Positions 36,970-50,276 of a stretch of DNA of 64,000 nt are shown in pieces; position 1 is the stretch's first letter, and every line of letters starts with the position of its first letter. A model generated the notes under the pieces. It was not told where the DNA came from, ran no database searches, and was given only the letters and a program-made list of their open reading frames with translations. Source of the DNA: Chara braunii (Eukaryota > Plantae > Charophyceae); assembly GCA_003427395.1 (NCBI GenBank), contig BFEA01000019.1:5389619-5453618 (forward strand), in the 5' to 3' direction. Position numbers and translations under genes: made by a program.

Positions 36970-38265
36970 GTATTTCTCTTAGAGAGGACTCTGGGCGAAG
37001 AAAGGGAGGAAGGGCATCAGGGGAAGACAATCAGGTGGGGAGAGAGGATGGTGCTGCATGGCGGCGTAGTCGCAGTTCAGGTGAGGAGAATGCTGGAAGA
37101 AGTGATGGCCCGTGGAGGCGGAACAGAGGACCAGATGACTCTGCAACAGCTCAGGGCATGCGGGAAGACAGGGGGTGGCGACAGGATCGTACTACGGAGA
37201 GAGAGGAGCGTCCTACGTGGCGGACAAAGTCTGGGGACGATGAGGTGGGGTCTTACAGGAGGGATGAGAGGTGGAGAACAACAGAGAGACTTGAGCGTGA
37301 GGAGCGACGGCCAGATGAACGGAACTGGCGTTATCCTGATGATGATTCTGTTCCTCACGAGCGTGCCTGGAGACGGGGGGATGGGTCGGTTGGCAGTGTT
37401 CAGAAATCAGCTGTGGAACCAGAGAGGCCACGTGATGATTCCAGGGGCTTCAGTTCCCAAAGGGCGTTGGAAAAGAGCACCTGGCGTACAAGTCGGAGCG
37501 AGGGACCCTTTGTGGAAAAGGCAAGGGGGTCAGATCATGGATACGATGGGGTGGGCGGCGATGAGTGGGACAGGGGGACGGATTGGAGGGAGAATAGGGA
37601 GGGTGGACATAAGGAAGGAGGAGAGGGGCTTGTGGATTCCATTGCTACTAGTGGAGGAAATGATCAGCGCGATCATAACTCAGTGGATGATATGTTCTTG
37701 TACTACAAGGATCCTCAAGGAGATGTACAGGGGCCTTTTGGAGGCACTGATATTGTAGGCTGGTTTGAAGCAGGGTTTTTCTCAGTTGATTTGCCTGTGA
37801 AGAAGCTGGGAGCTCCAGAGAATACCCCGTTTGTTCCTCTTGGTACTGTGATGCCACATCTGAAGCCAAAGGCTGGCCGCTTGCCTCCTGGGTTTGATGC
37901 GGTGCGTCCAGCAGATGAAGCTGTCACAGGTGCAGTGAAGAGTGGCAGTGGAAGTGCTGCGGAAGTGACTTCCGTAGTGGATGTATTAACAAGTAAAGCT
38001 CAAGAAACTGCTTCTGCTTCTACTGAAAAGTCAGAGAATAGTAGTGTGACTAATGGTAGCACTGCTGGGACATCAATTGCAATGGCAGAGGAGAGAGGCA
38101 AAGATGTCTTGACAGCGAGGTCTATCCAAGGGACAGGTGATGAGGGAGGTGCTTCTGGTCTCTGTTCAGCCACTGGGCTCCCTTCGGGGGCGAAGGTAGC
38201 AGATGCAATTTCGCATGAAGTCACAGATCAGATGACTGCTTTGTCATCTACTCAACTGGCTGAGG
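36970..38265 (+). CDS. EXA1: GIGYF/EXA1-family protein, exon 6 (GYF domain)
   Basis: TGCAG|GT...GAGG|GTAAGT. Contains LYYKDPQGDVQGPFGGTDIVGWFEAGFFSVDLPV, a Smy2-type GYF domain, followed by LPPGF. Confidence 0.95.
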
Positions 38266-39200
38266 GTAAGTGCGCACACAGCGGTCTTGACCCAAGTGAT
38301 GAAGCAGCCAAATGTCTTCCGATTAAACAAATGCTTGTTCAACTTGCTAATGCTAAGAGGGCACATAACATGCGATGTAAGGAAGCAATGAGTCCGGAGG
38401 AAACCATGCTCTTAAGCAGCTGGACACATCAGTTGTTCATGCCTCCAGCCATTCTACAAGTCTGGCCACTTTCGTTGTTTTGGTTTGCACAGGTGTAGGC
38501 TGGGCTTCTAAGCTTCAATGTGCGTTTTGTTATGAGAATGCCGGGTTTCCTATTGAATGAGCTATTGGTGAGACATCTGCTGAGGAAGATTGTGTGACGA
38601 TCATCCATGTTGCTCTGTGTTAGTTACTCGTTATAGCCCCTATGATGAAACGTGTCTGTGAGATGCTAACAATGTTGAGTGGAGGGGCAAGGAAGGTGGG
38701 GGGAATGCATGAGAGTCCCGTCAAACACAACTGATCTGGATGTTTTTGGTGTGCGTTCACTTCGTGGAGACACACAAGGAAAGCACACCTTTATGCCTCA
38801 CTGAGTCATGATGCAGCCCATACTCTGCTATTCTCTGGAGATCGTTTTCCTGTTATTTTGAGCGCTGTGGAGCACGGTCAACTGTCATTATGGTTAAATG
38901 GGTAGGCCTATGGAGAAGAGGTAACAAGGGTTCCGCAGGGAGCCACAATGTTTTGTTATGAAGTGGGACACAAATTTCAGGTGTCTCATTTCCTTCAGCC
39001 ACCTGTCTACTCCACCCCTTGTGGAGTGACCTCCACTTGACCTCACACCACTGAATGTAAAAGGATTTGATGCCAGGTATTGGAAGTTTGATGTGTGGTC
39101 TGCCTGGCGGGACCTGTGTTTTCATTTTACATTTGTTATTTTGGGTGGATCCCTTCATTTTTCACGAGTTGATGACTATTGCATTGGAATGTGCTTGCAG

Positions 39201-40123
39201 ATCTGCTGGTGGAAAATTTGTTGGGTCATGGAAAAAGTGGCGATGAACTGCAAGGGACATCTGCTAGTGGAATGTCGTCGTTAACTAGTCTATTAGCAGC
39301 TGAAACTGGGGAGAGTGGAAATAGTTCGGCACAGGGTGGTCAGAGTGGAGTCGTTGGACAGAGTCTGGGCAATATATCGCCAGGGCATGAGTCTCGTCTT
39401 CTTGAAGGTCAAACGGATGGCGCAGCTGGAGGAATATCACAGCAGGGTGGGGTGAGGGCAGTGCCTGATTTCTTTACACAGCGTTGGTTCAATAGTGCTG
39501 ACAGAGAGAGTGTGGTAGGGCATTCTGCTGGTGAGATCCGTCCTCGAGCTGCTAGTGCGCCAATAACAATACCTCAGACGGCCGCTTTCCCTGTGGAATC
39601 TTCTTCGCCTTTCACTATGATGACACCAGAAGAGTTTTCTCAGTATAGTTCATCGCGCGGGTCAGTTGATAGAGGACACCTCTGGCGTACAGGGCCCTTC
39701 GGCAGTGCTGAGTTAGGGCAAGGTGGCTTCAGGCACATCACACCCACATCCTCTCCGCATCTTGGCCATCAACAGTTGGAAGCTCTGGAAGCACAACATA
39801 TGCGGCGGCAGCTACAGCAGCAGTTTGGAGCAGTTCCACCTGATCAGAATCAACTCATTCTGAGGAAGATGCAGGAACAGCAGCTGATTAGACCTGGGAA
39901 CCCGCTGGATTCACTCCCCCCGCTCCATGCACAACACCCGCAAGCTCTGCAGCCACAGCCCCCAAAACAGATGGATGGAACTGTGCAGCAGGCACAGAGT
40001 GTTCCTCTTGAGCACTTACTAAGACCCAAGGTGATGTCTGGTTCTTTAAATGTTCCTGGCGGTGGATTGTCATTTCAGCACATTTTGCAACAACAGCAGC
40101 AGCAGCAGCAGCAGCACCAGCAG

Positions 40124-40168
<45 letters not shown>

Positions 40169-43100
40169 GCACAACAGCAGCAGGTTCAGCAACCACCACC
40201 ACAGACACAACAACCTCAGCAACAGCCACAGCAGCTGCCTCAGCAACCACAACCACAACACATTCCGACTTCTGCGTTACCATTACCATTGGAACAACTC
40301 CTGAGAATTCACCAGCAGCCTCTACCAGGTAGAGCGTTCCCGATGCCTTCGGGCCTTCAGCATCTCCTTCGCCAGCATCAGCAGCATCAGCAAGAGCAGC
40401 ACACGCAACTCCATCAGCAGGTTCTCAATCCACAGCATCTTCATTTATTGAGTGGTAGTCCAGTTCCGATGCCTATTGCTCCCCAGCAGCGGCAGCCTAC
40501 TGGCGAGATGCGTGTTTCAGGAGTATGGGAGGTGAATGAGTTTGGACAGTTTGTGCAGGCAGCACCCCCGCCAAGTTTGCGCACAATGGAAGGACTAGAA
40601 CCTCAGCCGCGGGGTCATGAACCTCGTCCGCCGATGCCCTTCTTGCCAGGACTAATCGGGCAAAATCAACTTCGTGATGATGCGTCAAGGATTCTCCCTG
40701 GTTTCAATGTTGATGCCCGGGGCCCACTGCAGCAACTTGGAACGGACTTGGGACCAAGGGCCCCTCTTGGAGTGTATGGTTTGCCAAGCTTTGAGAGAGG
40801 ATTTCCACCAATGGATGCTGCACAGGGATCTCGCCCTGGTATAATGGAATCGACAAAAGCTGGGGACTTGAATCCTGCTTTGAAGGAACTCAATCAGGGA
40901 CCTGATGGCTTCCGGATGGTCGGACAAGGCATAGGCCATGGTGTCACTGCGGAGATAGCTGAGAGAAGAGCACCTATACAATTTCCTGAACGAATTGGGA
41001 GCTTTGGTGCAGAAAGGACAGATATTATCCAGGCCCTGGCATTATCAGCAGAACCTGAAAGCAGATCGTCTTTAGTATCTGTGTCTGATGGCCGGCAGGG
41101 TAATCACGTCTGGACATTGCCTGCGGGGTTGAGTCATCAAACTCTCCAGGAGACTCGGTCAGAACTTGCAGGCCCACATCCTCTGCCTCAGGGTCAGCAG
41201 AAACGCCAGAAGCAGGAGGAGAAGTTGGTACAGCAAGCACAGCAGTCCATTGGAATTGATATGGAGCACAGGTGGCAGCACTTCATGACAAATGGGGACC
41301 CTGTAGGAGCCTTAGGGAGCATTGATGATCTACAAGGTGGGGTTGGGAAGGTGGTACGGGATATCAGTGATGCGCCACGTTTGCCGGAGAGAGAGCCAAG
41401 AGTTGGAGGGAGCATTGGGGGGGTGGTCATTGCAGCAGGTGGATCTGGCAGTGCAGATCAGCAGTCTTCCTTGAGTTCTAAGGTGATGGATGGGGTTGCT
41501 AACCACGGACAGTCCATGGATATGCAACCTGTCCCAGCCCATGTCTCGTCTCCTGTTGAGCCCAAGCCCAAAACAAGTTTCGGTGTGGTAGCGTCAGCAC
41601 CAGGTCTTGCTCACGGACTTCCATCTGGATCGGATGCACTGTTTTCAGAATCAGGAGGAAGCCAGAAACAGGTGACTAACCCACAGTTTGTAGGGCAGGC
41701 TGACACGCAATCAGAATCAAAACAGCAGTCTCAGATCCAAGCTTCACAGCAAAAGGGTCGCCAGGAGAAGGTAGCGCCTTCTGCAGGGCAGTCGCCGCGT
41801 CAGGGGTCAGTGTCTGGATCTCAGGGTCAACCAGATGGTCAAGCTCAGACTCAAGTCCAGACTCCCACGAGAGAGAGATCAAAGTCGAAGTCCCAGCTTA
41901 AGGCACAGTCACAGCAGGCATTGCAGCAGCAAACTCAACCCCAAGCAAATCAGCAACAGAGACCACCCCGTGCTTCGTCCCCAGCCTCCTCCTCGTCGTC
42001 TGCCCAATCTCAGCAGGTTTCCAGTGTGGCTGAGTCAGCAGCATCAAGTGCCATTGCAACAGCAGCGGGCTCTGTTTCAGGAGTACCTGCAGTGCCGCCA
42101 GTCTGGAAAGCGCCCACGATGAGGGTCAAGTCCCTTGCTGAAATCCAACAGGAGGAAACAGAACAACAGAGGTTAAATGAGGAGAGAATGTTGTCAGAGC
42201 CTGCTTCTAAGGGCACAGGTGAAGCTTCAAATACCATGACTGCCGCAAACAACGTTTGGAGGGGTGCTTCTGCAACAGGAGCCAAGTCCCTCAGGGAGAT
42301 CCTTGTTGAGGAAGAAGCACAGCAGAAATCTGCGGGATCGACTGATACAACTGCCGAGTCCAAAGCTTACGGTGTCTCCATAACAAACAAGGATGTATCA
42401 GCCCGGGCGTTGGGATCATTGGTTCCTCCTCCTGAGAAGATGCAGAAAGGCAAGGATGCTGTTGCGGTTCAACCCGGAGTTGGTTTGAGTGCTCCAGCGG
42501 GCAGCAAAGTTGCTAAAGAGGTTGCTGCAACTGCCGCTGTGGAGGTTACACGGAGTGCAGGATCTGTGAATGGGAACAGTGGTGCCAGTATCGTCCCTGG
42601 TGTCAAGGAGGTGGGGACTCCTGTTGTTCTGAATTCAGCTTCAGGATCCACAGTTGACGACTTTGTGGAGCCAAAGGAAAGCAAATCTCGCAAACGACGT
42701 GGTGGAAAGGGGAAGGCAACTGCTGCCAGTCCTGCCGCAAAAGGTGCACCACCTGCATCTCCGGAGCCAGCCACATCTGTTTCACCTGCAATTGGTCGCA
42801 AGGAGGCTGTTCCAATCGCTGAAACAGATGTACTGCCAGCCCCACCTGCTCCATCTCTTGCAGACTTCTTGCCTGTGAAAGAAGAAGCTCCTCCTGTAAA
42901 TCAGCCTGCGTGGCAGAGGAATGTTGGAAAACCTGTGTCTCTGAGGGAGATACAAGAGGCTGAGCACAAGGCCAGGGATGAGGCACAGAGGAAGGCAGAG
43001 CTGGTGGCTCAGCAACATGCTCAGCAGGTACAGGTTGGTACCAGAGCCACTTCGGCTCCACGCTCGCAAAGTGCTGTTGGAGCTTCGGCATGGCAGCGGC

Positions 43101-43404
43101 AACCTGGTGCTACTGCTGGAATAGCGCAGGGCCCCTCACTGTCGGCATCAGTTGCTCCACCAGCTTCAAAAGGAGCATCACAAACCAAGGCTAACTCCAA
43201 GCAAACACCTTCGTCAGCATCCAAGCCGTCCCCAGCTGCAACACTGAAAGGCGTTGCAAGTTCCGCTTCTGCAAAGCCCAATGCAGCTTCGAAGTCGGTT
43301 CAGTCCCGAAAGTTCGATGATGATGATGATGACGATATGTTTTGGGACTACGGGGAAGATGCGACATTGAATCTGGGTGCAGTGAACTCCAAACCTCTTG
43401 AAAG
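39201..43404 (+). CDS. EXA1: GIGYF/EXA1-family protein, exon 7 (4204 nt, Q/P-rich)
   Basis: TTGCAG|AT...AAAG|GTTAGC. Long ORF with polyQ, GVWEVNEFGQFV, three SLxEI motifs and DDDDMFWD. Confidence 0.92.
40088..40190 (+). repeat. Coding (CAG/CAA)n polyglutamine tract in exon 7
   Basis: Encodes QQQQQQQQQHQQQHQQQQQQQQQQQQQAQQQQVQQ. Confidence 0.95.
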
Positions 43405-44409
43405 GTTAGCGATTCTGCATTCTGTGAGGCTACCCAGCATAGGGCATTTCATTTGCGGTCCCACTGCTTGAACCAATATGCATGATGTAGAAAGATAATT
43501 AATGCAGATCACATAGGTCAGAAGTCCATTTCTTGCTATTCATGTAGACTTGGCTCTTGTGGCTGAGGGTGGAGGTTGGGTTCTGCGCGCATGGAACGGT
43601 CCAAGGCTGAGGAAGTACTGACTGTTCACAAGACTGTCAACCAGCCTGGAAATTGCACAAGGAATGCAGTGGGCTGTGTGCAAAGCCCCAATGAAAATTG
43701 GAGCCAAGTGTGCGAGAATTGCTTGTGGCGTCAGCGCGTGTTGTGTTGCGTGTGTGTCTGATTAAGGACACTACATCCATACAGGCGCAGGGTGGATATC
43801 ATGACTGGTATGGTTCCCCTTTTGAACACCATGTCATGCCTGCAGTGCTTAGGAGACTTGGCTGTTGTGGTGGAGGGAGGCAGTTCGATTCAGTGCATGC
43901 ACCGAATGGGTCCGAGGGTTAGAAAGTACTGGCTCTGATGTGTGCCTACTTGCGTCTGTTGTTTGGTGAATACTCGGGAAACAAATATTGTCAACTCTGT
44001 TCAAGCCTCTAGGGCCAACTCTTTTCCTCTTTTTTACCACAGGCCAGGCCCCCAAATTTCTGATTCAAATCATTCTGGTTGCAGCTTGTGTCACTTATAG
44101 CAGCTGCCCATGGAGGCTTGTCTACTCCCTCAGATGAGTTTGGAAGTCAAACCACCATATCCCACGTAACGAAGTTACCATGTCAGTGCCTTGTAAAAAG
44201 CCAAAGCTGGTGCACCGAGAATTTGTTCCTCAGCAGCATATCCCTGCTCTGCCTCGGTGTGCTGGTCAACCCATTCTGCAGTCAGGGCATATCTGTGATC
44301 TTTGGGAAGCGTGGCGGGCGGTTGCCGTTTAGATTAACTATGAGAACGTTGTAGTACTGCGACCACCTGTAAGCCAAACTATGAGAAGGGACCACCTGTA
44401 AACCAAACT

Positions 44410-44614
44410 GGTCTGGAAACTGGCCGCCTCCTAGGATTGGCGTGCCCAATGAGGCAGTAATGTGGCTATAGACCACCCTGTATACCATTCTGCAAGGCCT
44501 GCAGATATGAAGGTCTGGAAACTGGCCGCCTCCTAGGATTGGTGTTCCCAATGAGGCAGTAATGTGGCTATAGAACACCCTGTATACCATTCTGCAAGGC
44601 CTGGAGATATGAAG
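44410..44614. repeat. 102-bp tandem duplication in intron 7
   Basis: GGTCTGGAAACTGGCCGCCTCCTAGG starts at 44410 and again at 44512. Confidence 0.9.
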
Positions 44615-45168
44615 GGCAGGCTGTGAAATGGATTGGTCATTTAGCAACTACCAGAAGAGCCCAGGGTCAAGTGAAGAACGTGTGTACAACAAGTTAAGAT
44701 GTTATCAATCCACCCACAGGCAGGCCTGACCACACTAGTCAAAGCACACGTATTGGGGATTGTGTCGCAGTCGGTTATGCTTTCCGTGCAATGCAGATAT
44801 CATTCTACGACATAAAGACAACTCCCACCTAGTACGTTTCCCAGCCAACAATCCGTGCATGCTCGTGTGTCGGGTGCGGTGCCGTTTGTCTGGAAATCCA
44901 TCCAGGCAAAACGGATTGCGTGCGATGTCCAATTTGCGTGGATGGATTTCAGGCAAAACAGCAGCATGGTGCATCCCAGCCAACGCTGCAGCGTGAAAAC
45001 CTATGGTGATGGCATCTCACTTCCTGTGAGTTGTCGATCCATGATTGTTGGAGCCATGCTTGCGATTCTCATGTCCTGCGAGTTCTCAATCCATGAATGT
45101 TGGAACCATGTTTGTAAATTCATGATGACCTATGGTTATGGGAATGACCTCTCTTCTTTGGTATGCAG

Positions 45169-45428
45169 GTTCACAGACTTTCCTACTCTGGCGAGTGGTA
45201 AAGTGACTCGCGGTCAAGCTACTGGAAATGCTCGAGCGGGAACAGCAGTTCAAGCTGGAGGCTTTCGGCAAGTCGCTGGCTTCCAGAGTAGCATGCCAAG
45301 AGCGGATGTGATGGATTTCCCTGCGCTAACTTCAGCAAATCCCACGGCAAATGCGAAGACGGTAACAGCGAAAGTCCAGAAGAAACAACAGGGAGAGTCT
45401 TCAGCGAAGAAGGCTGGAACTGCAGATG
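45169..45428 (+). CDS. EXA1: GIGYF/EXA1-family protein, exon 8
   Basis: TGCAG|G...GATG|GTATGT. Phase 2 to 1 fits both neighbours. Encodes RFTDFPTLAS...MDFPALTS. Confidence 0.82.
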
Positions 45429-45749
45429 GTATGTCTTTCCTATTTCGGTCGTACAGTGAGCATTCCAGCTCTGCAGTAGTCCTACTTCTGATTGTCATCT
45501 CATGATGTTTTCTTTTTTTCGAAGAGCAGCAGATCGTAGTACTCCTCGAAAAGCTTATTTGGCATTACGACACAATCCTGCTGGTATAACACCATAGGCA
45601 CCTAAAGACGAAATAGCAAAGGTGTGAGTGAGAATATTTTAATGGGTGTGTTGTGCACTTAGTGAACACTAAAAAGTTAAAACCTGCCGACGTTGATTTG
45701 TTTAAGTGTTATGTTGTTCCGCAGCCAACGTTTCTGTTCCATTTGTGTC

Positions 45750-46480
45750 CACAGATGAGCTTTTTCTCAAAGCTGGCCAGTTGTTCTGGGTGAGGGTTAG
45801 GGAGTTGGTTGTTGACCTTTTCTCTCCACCCTGCGTCCGTTCGCATGTCTGCCCATCCACCCAAACAGACTTCCGTATTGGGCCCCTGTTCAGCGCCTGC
45901 TCCACCTTTTCCTTAAACCACCAGTTCACATGAGCTGAAGTTGGCGCTACCTTTGCTACCGCTTGAGGCCCAATTCCAAATGTTCTTACTGCATCTACCG
46001 GTAAGAGCACTACGTATGGTCTAAATTTCTTGAAATCACTCCTCTGACTTCGCCATTGGTACGAATCCCACTTTCCAGTGATCAATAGGTTCCCTTCTCC
46101 CATTCCCAGTCTCCCATTCCCATTTCTCTGCCCACTTTTATTGGTGTATCCCTCCAAGGGAAAGTGTAACCTCCTTCACAGACGGCTTTTACCAGTCCCT
46201 GGTGATCCATTTGAACCTCCTCCTCCTGGCTTGGCAGTCTCGGCCCAAATCTCCTCACGCAGCTCAAACCACCAAGCCGCATCAAAATCTGCTTCACCTG
46301 TCCACCGGAACTTTCTCCCAGCTACTAAGACACTCGACCTCATGCACTGACCTTGTCGAAATTCCCCATATGGCCCAAACATCTCCCTTTTGGTTTGTCC
46401 AACCTTCCCCCTCCTTCAACCAGCCTCCGAGCCTCTTTGTCGTTCCTTCGGCCCAGCATTTCTTCATCTTTGGGCGATCA
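45750..46480 (-). mobile_element. Probable degenerate retroelement (LINE-like) coding remnant in intron 8
   Basis: W/K/E-rich broken reading frames on the minus strand. No diagnostic catalytic motif. Confidence 0.3.
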
Positions 46481-46650
46481 CTTTGACAATTGATTCCCCC
46501 CCCCCCCCCCCCTCTTCTTACTACTCGTCTCCTGCCGTTGCAGTCTGTCATGTCCTTCACCCCTTCTTTGGAGACTGTGTACCATCTTCACATCCTTGTC
46601 CTGACGGTTGTTTGTCCACAGCAGATTCCCGAGGTCTCCCAAACTCGCTC

Positions 46651-46709
<59 letters not shown>

Positions 46710-46710
46710 N

Positions 46711-46752
<42 letters not shown>

Positions 46753-46958
46753 CTCCGTGTGTGTGAGTGTGTGTGAGTGTGTGCGCATCCCAATTCAGTT
46801 TTATGGCAATCAAACCTCCTGCTGATTCTGCTGTGCAGCTCATAAGAGGATTTCAAGGCGGGAAGCTTATGCTCCAGACTTGTATTTACCCTGTTTCTTC
46901 AACTTTCTTGTGCTTTGTGCAGTAGATTGACCCTTCCTGTTTGCCGTTGTAATTGCAG

Positions 46959-47060
46959 GAACCGTCGCTGCAGCTCTCACAGCAGGTGCAGCATTGTCAC
47001 AAGGGACTGGTTTCCGTCAGTGGTGTGAAGGTCATATCAAGAAGCTGACTGGCAATGATG
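46959..47060 (+). CDS. EXA1: GIGYF/EXA1-family protein, exon 9
   Basis: TTGCAG|GA...GATG|GTAATT. Encodes FRQWCEGHIKKLTGND, the conserved F..WC motif of the GIGYF C-terminal domain. Confidence 0.9.
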
Positions 47061-47515
47061 GTAATTTTCCTTCCCTACCCTTGTGGCTGTGCCTGCAGCG
47101 GAGTCAACTGAAGAGTCGAGAAACTCAATCTCCTTTTTTCAATTCTGCTTTTTCAATTTTGGGCTTTTCAGCCTTGTTCAAGTGATATCTCTTGATTGTA
47201 TCTGCAAATAGTGCGAGTTAGGCTCCATTCTGGAGGTCCTAATAGTGAACCAAGCCTAAAGTGTTTTTTGTTTCCTTAGTCCAACTGTTTGATGTATATG
47301 GGTGCTAGCTAGTCTTAATTGCCTTCAGGTCAGTATTGGGCATTTGAAAGAAAGGAAAACGCTCTCCTAAAGGAATGGGACTGTCCTTTCCACTTCTTAG
47401 ACTATGTCCGAAACCTCCTACATCACTCAAGAGTCACTCTCAGACAGAATTAACCTTGTACATCACTCGAGAGACGAGAATCACACCAATCGAGAGTCGA
47501 GATTATGATCCTTGA

Positions 47516-49121
47516 ACGACCACTGCCTCAGATCTAGTTTTTACCAATCCTGAATTTCACTGCGCACCGAGTTTTGTCGAGCCCGGGTCCCGTTGTATGT
47601 TCTTTTCTGGTACTCTTCACGAATGTGCAAGGAATATGAGTGTGAGCGATATACATAAAACAAGTTGCGAAATCACACAGCTGTCCCAGTAGTTGTGTCC
47701 CAAGCAGAGAGTACAAATGCACTGGGAAAACCATCCTTATAGAGCAATACAATGAAGTAATGAGCCAATGTTCATGCCCGTAGGCCACACCAACACAGTA
47801 TCCAAAATCGCTCTGCTCTGTCTGGCGCTGAGCGCCCAGCCTACTCTACCAGACTATCCTACGTACAGCTGGTGCACGCAACAAGATCACTTCGACTCAC
47901 GAAGACAAATGTACATTACTGCCAACACCATCTCCGACCTCTCTTCATGTACCAGGTACGTATCTCGTCACCCTCAGTAATCAGACCTTGATTACCCCAC
48001 ACAGCGCCTCCTTCCCTGAAGACCACCTGATCATCCGCTGTACCCCCTGGCGCTCAGCAGCCCGGCTATGGCTACCTGCGCCCGGCTGCCCTGCAGCGCC
48101 CCACTTCACCTCTCGCGCCCTGTCAGCGCCCTTGGCAGCAGCGCAGCATCAAGTGAGAGCGCAGCAGCACTGCCGCATTGCCAGGGCTGGCCAGAATGCC
48201 TGGCCCGGGCTGCCTCATTCCTTTTGTGGAAGTGGCAGCCTCCTGGATGCTGTGTGTGGCCTGACTGGAAGCTTCCAGTAGCTTCCGGTTGGGTCCCAGA
48301 CCCTGCGCCCAGGCCCGAGACTACAGTTGAGGGCATGGGCCCTTTGCAGTTAGGCACGGCCTGAGTCTCCAGACTTGGGCTGTTTGCTGCATCTGGGCAG
48401 GGCTCCCCCGACAGGTGCGTTGGCACTACTGCTTTTGAAAAGGCTGAAGGCCTGATTCCCAATGTGCTTTGTGTACGTGTGCCCAGGCGCAACTGTCAAG
48501 TCCTGGGCCAACTGTATGACGCAGCAATGTGAGGCTCACGCGTCTTCCCAACCAACTGGCGTGCTGCGAGAGCCTGAATACCCTCATATGGACCTTCGAA
48601 CTTCGCCTTTGACGAATATTCAGGCCCGCCTTCACTTAGGGCGGGCACTTGGCTTACTGGGCTATGAAACACCCGCGTACGCGTCCGCGGGGCCGAGCTC
48701 GGAGGGCGGACATATTCACGGCCGCCTCCGCGGCCTACCGGGTCCACGATGCAATTTCACCAGATTTTTCCTGAATTAAATAATAGCCCAAAAAAAAAAA
48801 AGGGGTTGTAGGGAATTTTAAGCCCTACAACCCCTTTTTTTTTTTTTTGGAATCCGACTTTGTTTAGGATTTAAAAAAAAATAAAAAACTAAATTCAATT
48901 TAAAGAAAATAAAAAAAAATAAAAAGAAAAGCTGGATTTTTTTTTTGTCATTTTTTATCATCAGATATATGGTCCCTGAGTTCACCTGTATTTTTTAGAA
49001 ATGAATTTCTGTTTTTTGCAGGGGTATGAGGTGTTTTAGAAAAATAAAGATGCAAAATTTGAAAATAAATAAACAAAAAACTTGAAAAAAAGGGTTTGAT
49101 TGATTGATTGATTGATTGTGT

Positions 49122-49172
<51 letters not shown>

Positions 49173-49341
49173 GCCGGGGGAGCTGCGCTCGGGGAGCTGT
49201 GCGGGAGCATGCGCAGGAGCTGCTGCGCGGGAGCTGCACGCGCGCACGCGAGAGAGAGAGAGAGAGAGAGAGAGAACACCTATATGTGTGTGTGTGTGTG
49301 CGCCCATGGTCGTGGGGGTGGGGCGACCCATCCCCACCAAC

Positions 49342-49382
<41 letters not shown>

Positions 49383-50272
49383 TAACAAAAAAAAAAAAAA
49401 AAAATCGAATTAAGGAACAAAGAAATCAATTAATCAATCAATCAATCGCGGGGGGGATTCATTGTTGCTGGGGGACTTAGCCCAGAATAATGTGATGTCT
49501 GATAGGGCCCCTTGAGGGCTTGTTCCTCACAAATGAAAAAAAAAAAAAAAAAAAAAGAATGGGAAAGCCAAAAAAAAAAACACCTGTTGCGACGTGAAGG
49601 CAGCTGGATGCAGAATCAGAGTTTCATGTGAGAGTATGCCCTCAGCTGGGAGTGTTACATCTGTAATCACGCCAGTACCCAAAAAAAAGAACACACGAAC
49701 ACGCAAACAAAAAACTCTTTCGAAGTGAAAGCAGCTGGATACAGAATCTGTCCTCTGTGCGAGTAGGCCCCTCCAACTGCCGTTACAGAAACAATCGTAA
49801 AAAAATTAATCAGATTCCCCTGTGATCATCATGGCTGGAGGAAACAAAACAAAACAACAACAATAACAATGACAACAGCAACTCTTTGGACGTGGAACCA
49901 ACTCGATACAGAATCTGCAGCACATGTGAGAGTGTGCCCTCAGTTGTGGAATGTCAGGTGTCCGTTGAATGGGCGTGCCTCGTTGGCAGGTCACTAAAAC
50001 TTAAAACTAAAAACAAAGAAAAAAAAGCGAACACGCAAAACAAAAAGCCGAGGCCGACTACGGTTCTGGGTTGAAACTCTGGTGGAAGCACAGCTAGATC
50101 ACGGCCTTCTCCGTTGTCCATCCTTTGGACTCTGCAGAGGGCTTTTTTTTCATCTTTTTCTTTTTGTACTTGGGCAAACACTTTCTTTCGGCCGACGCTC
50201 CCCGGGACCTCCGAAGAATGCAGTGTGACATATATTCCCGTCTTTCCCAACAGTGAGAAAGGTAGTGGTGGT
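47516..50272. mobile_element. TTAA-family TIR element with nested insertions
   Basis: Degenerate left end TTGA|ACGACCACTGCCTC. Right end CCCAACAGTGAGAAAGGTAGTGGTGGT|TTAA. Confidence 0.55.
47700..48560 (-). mobile_element. Possible LINE remnant (AP-endonuclease N-terminus-like)
   Basis: Broken frames with LRESK, SGRVGWAL and VAYGHEHWLITSLYCS, loosely resembling the LQET / GGVAIL / xxYAP motifs in order. Confidence 0.3.
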
Positions 50273-50276
50273 TTAA

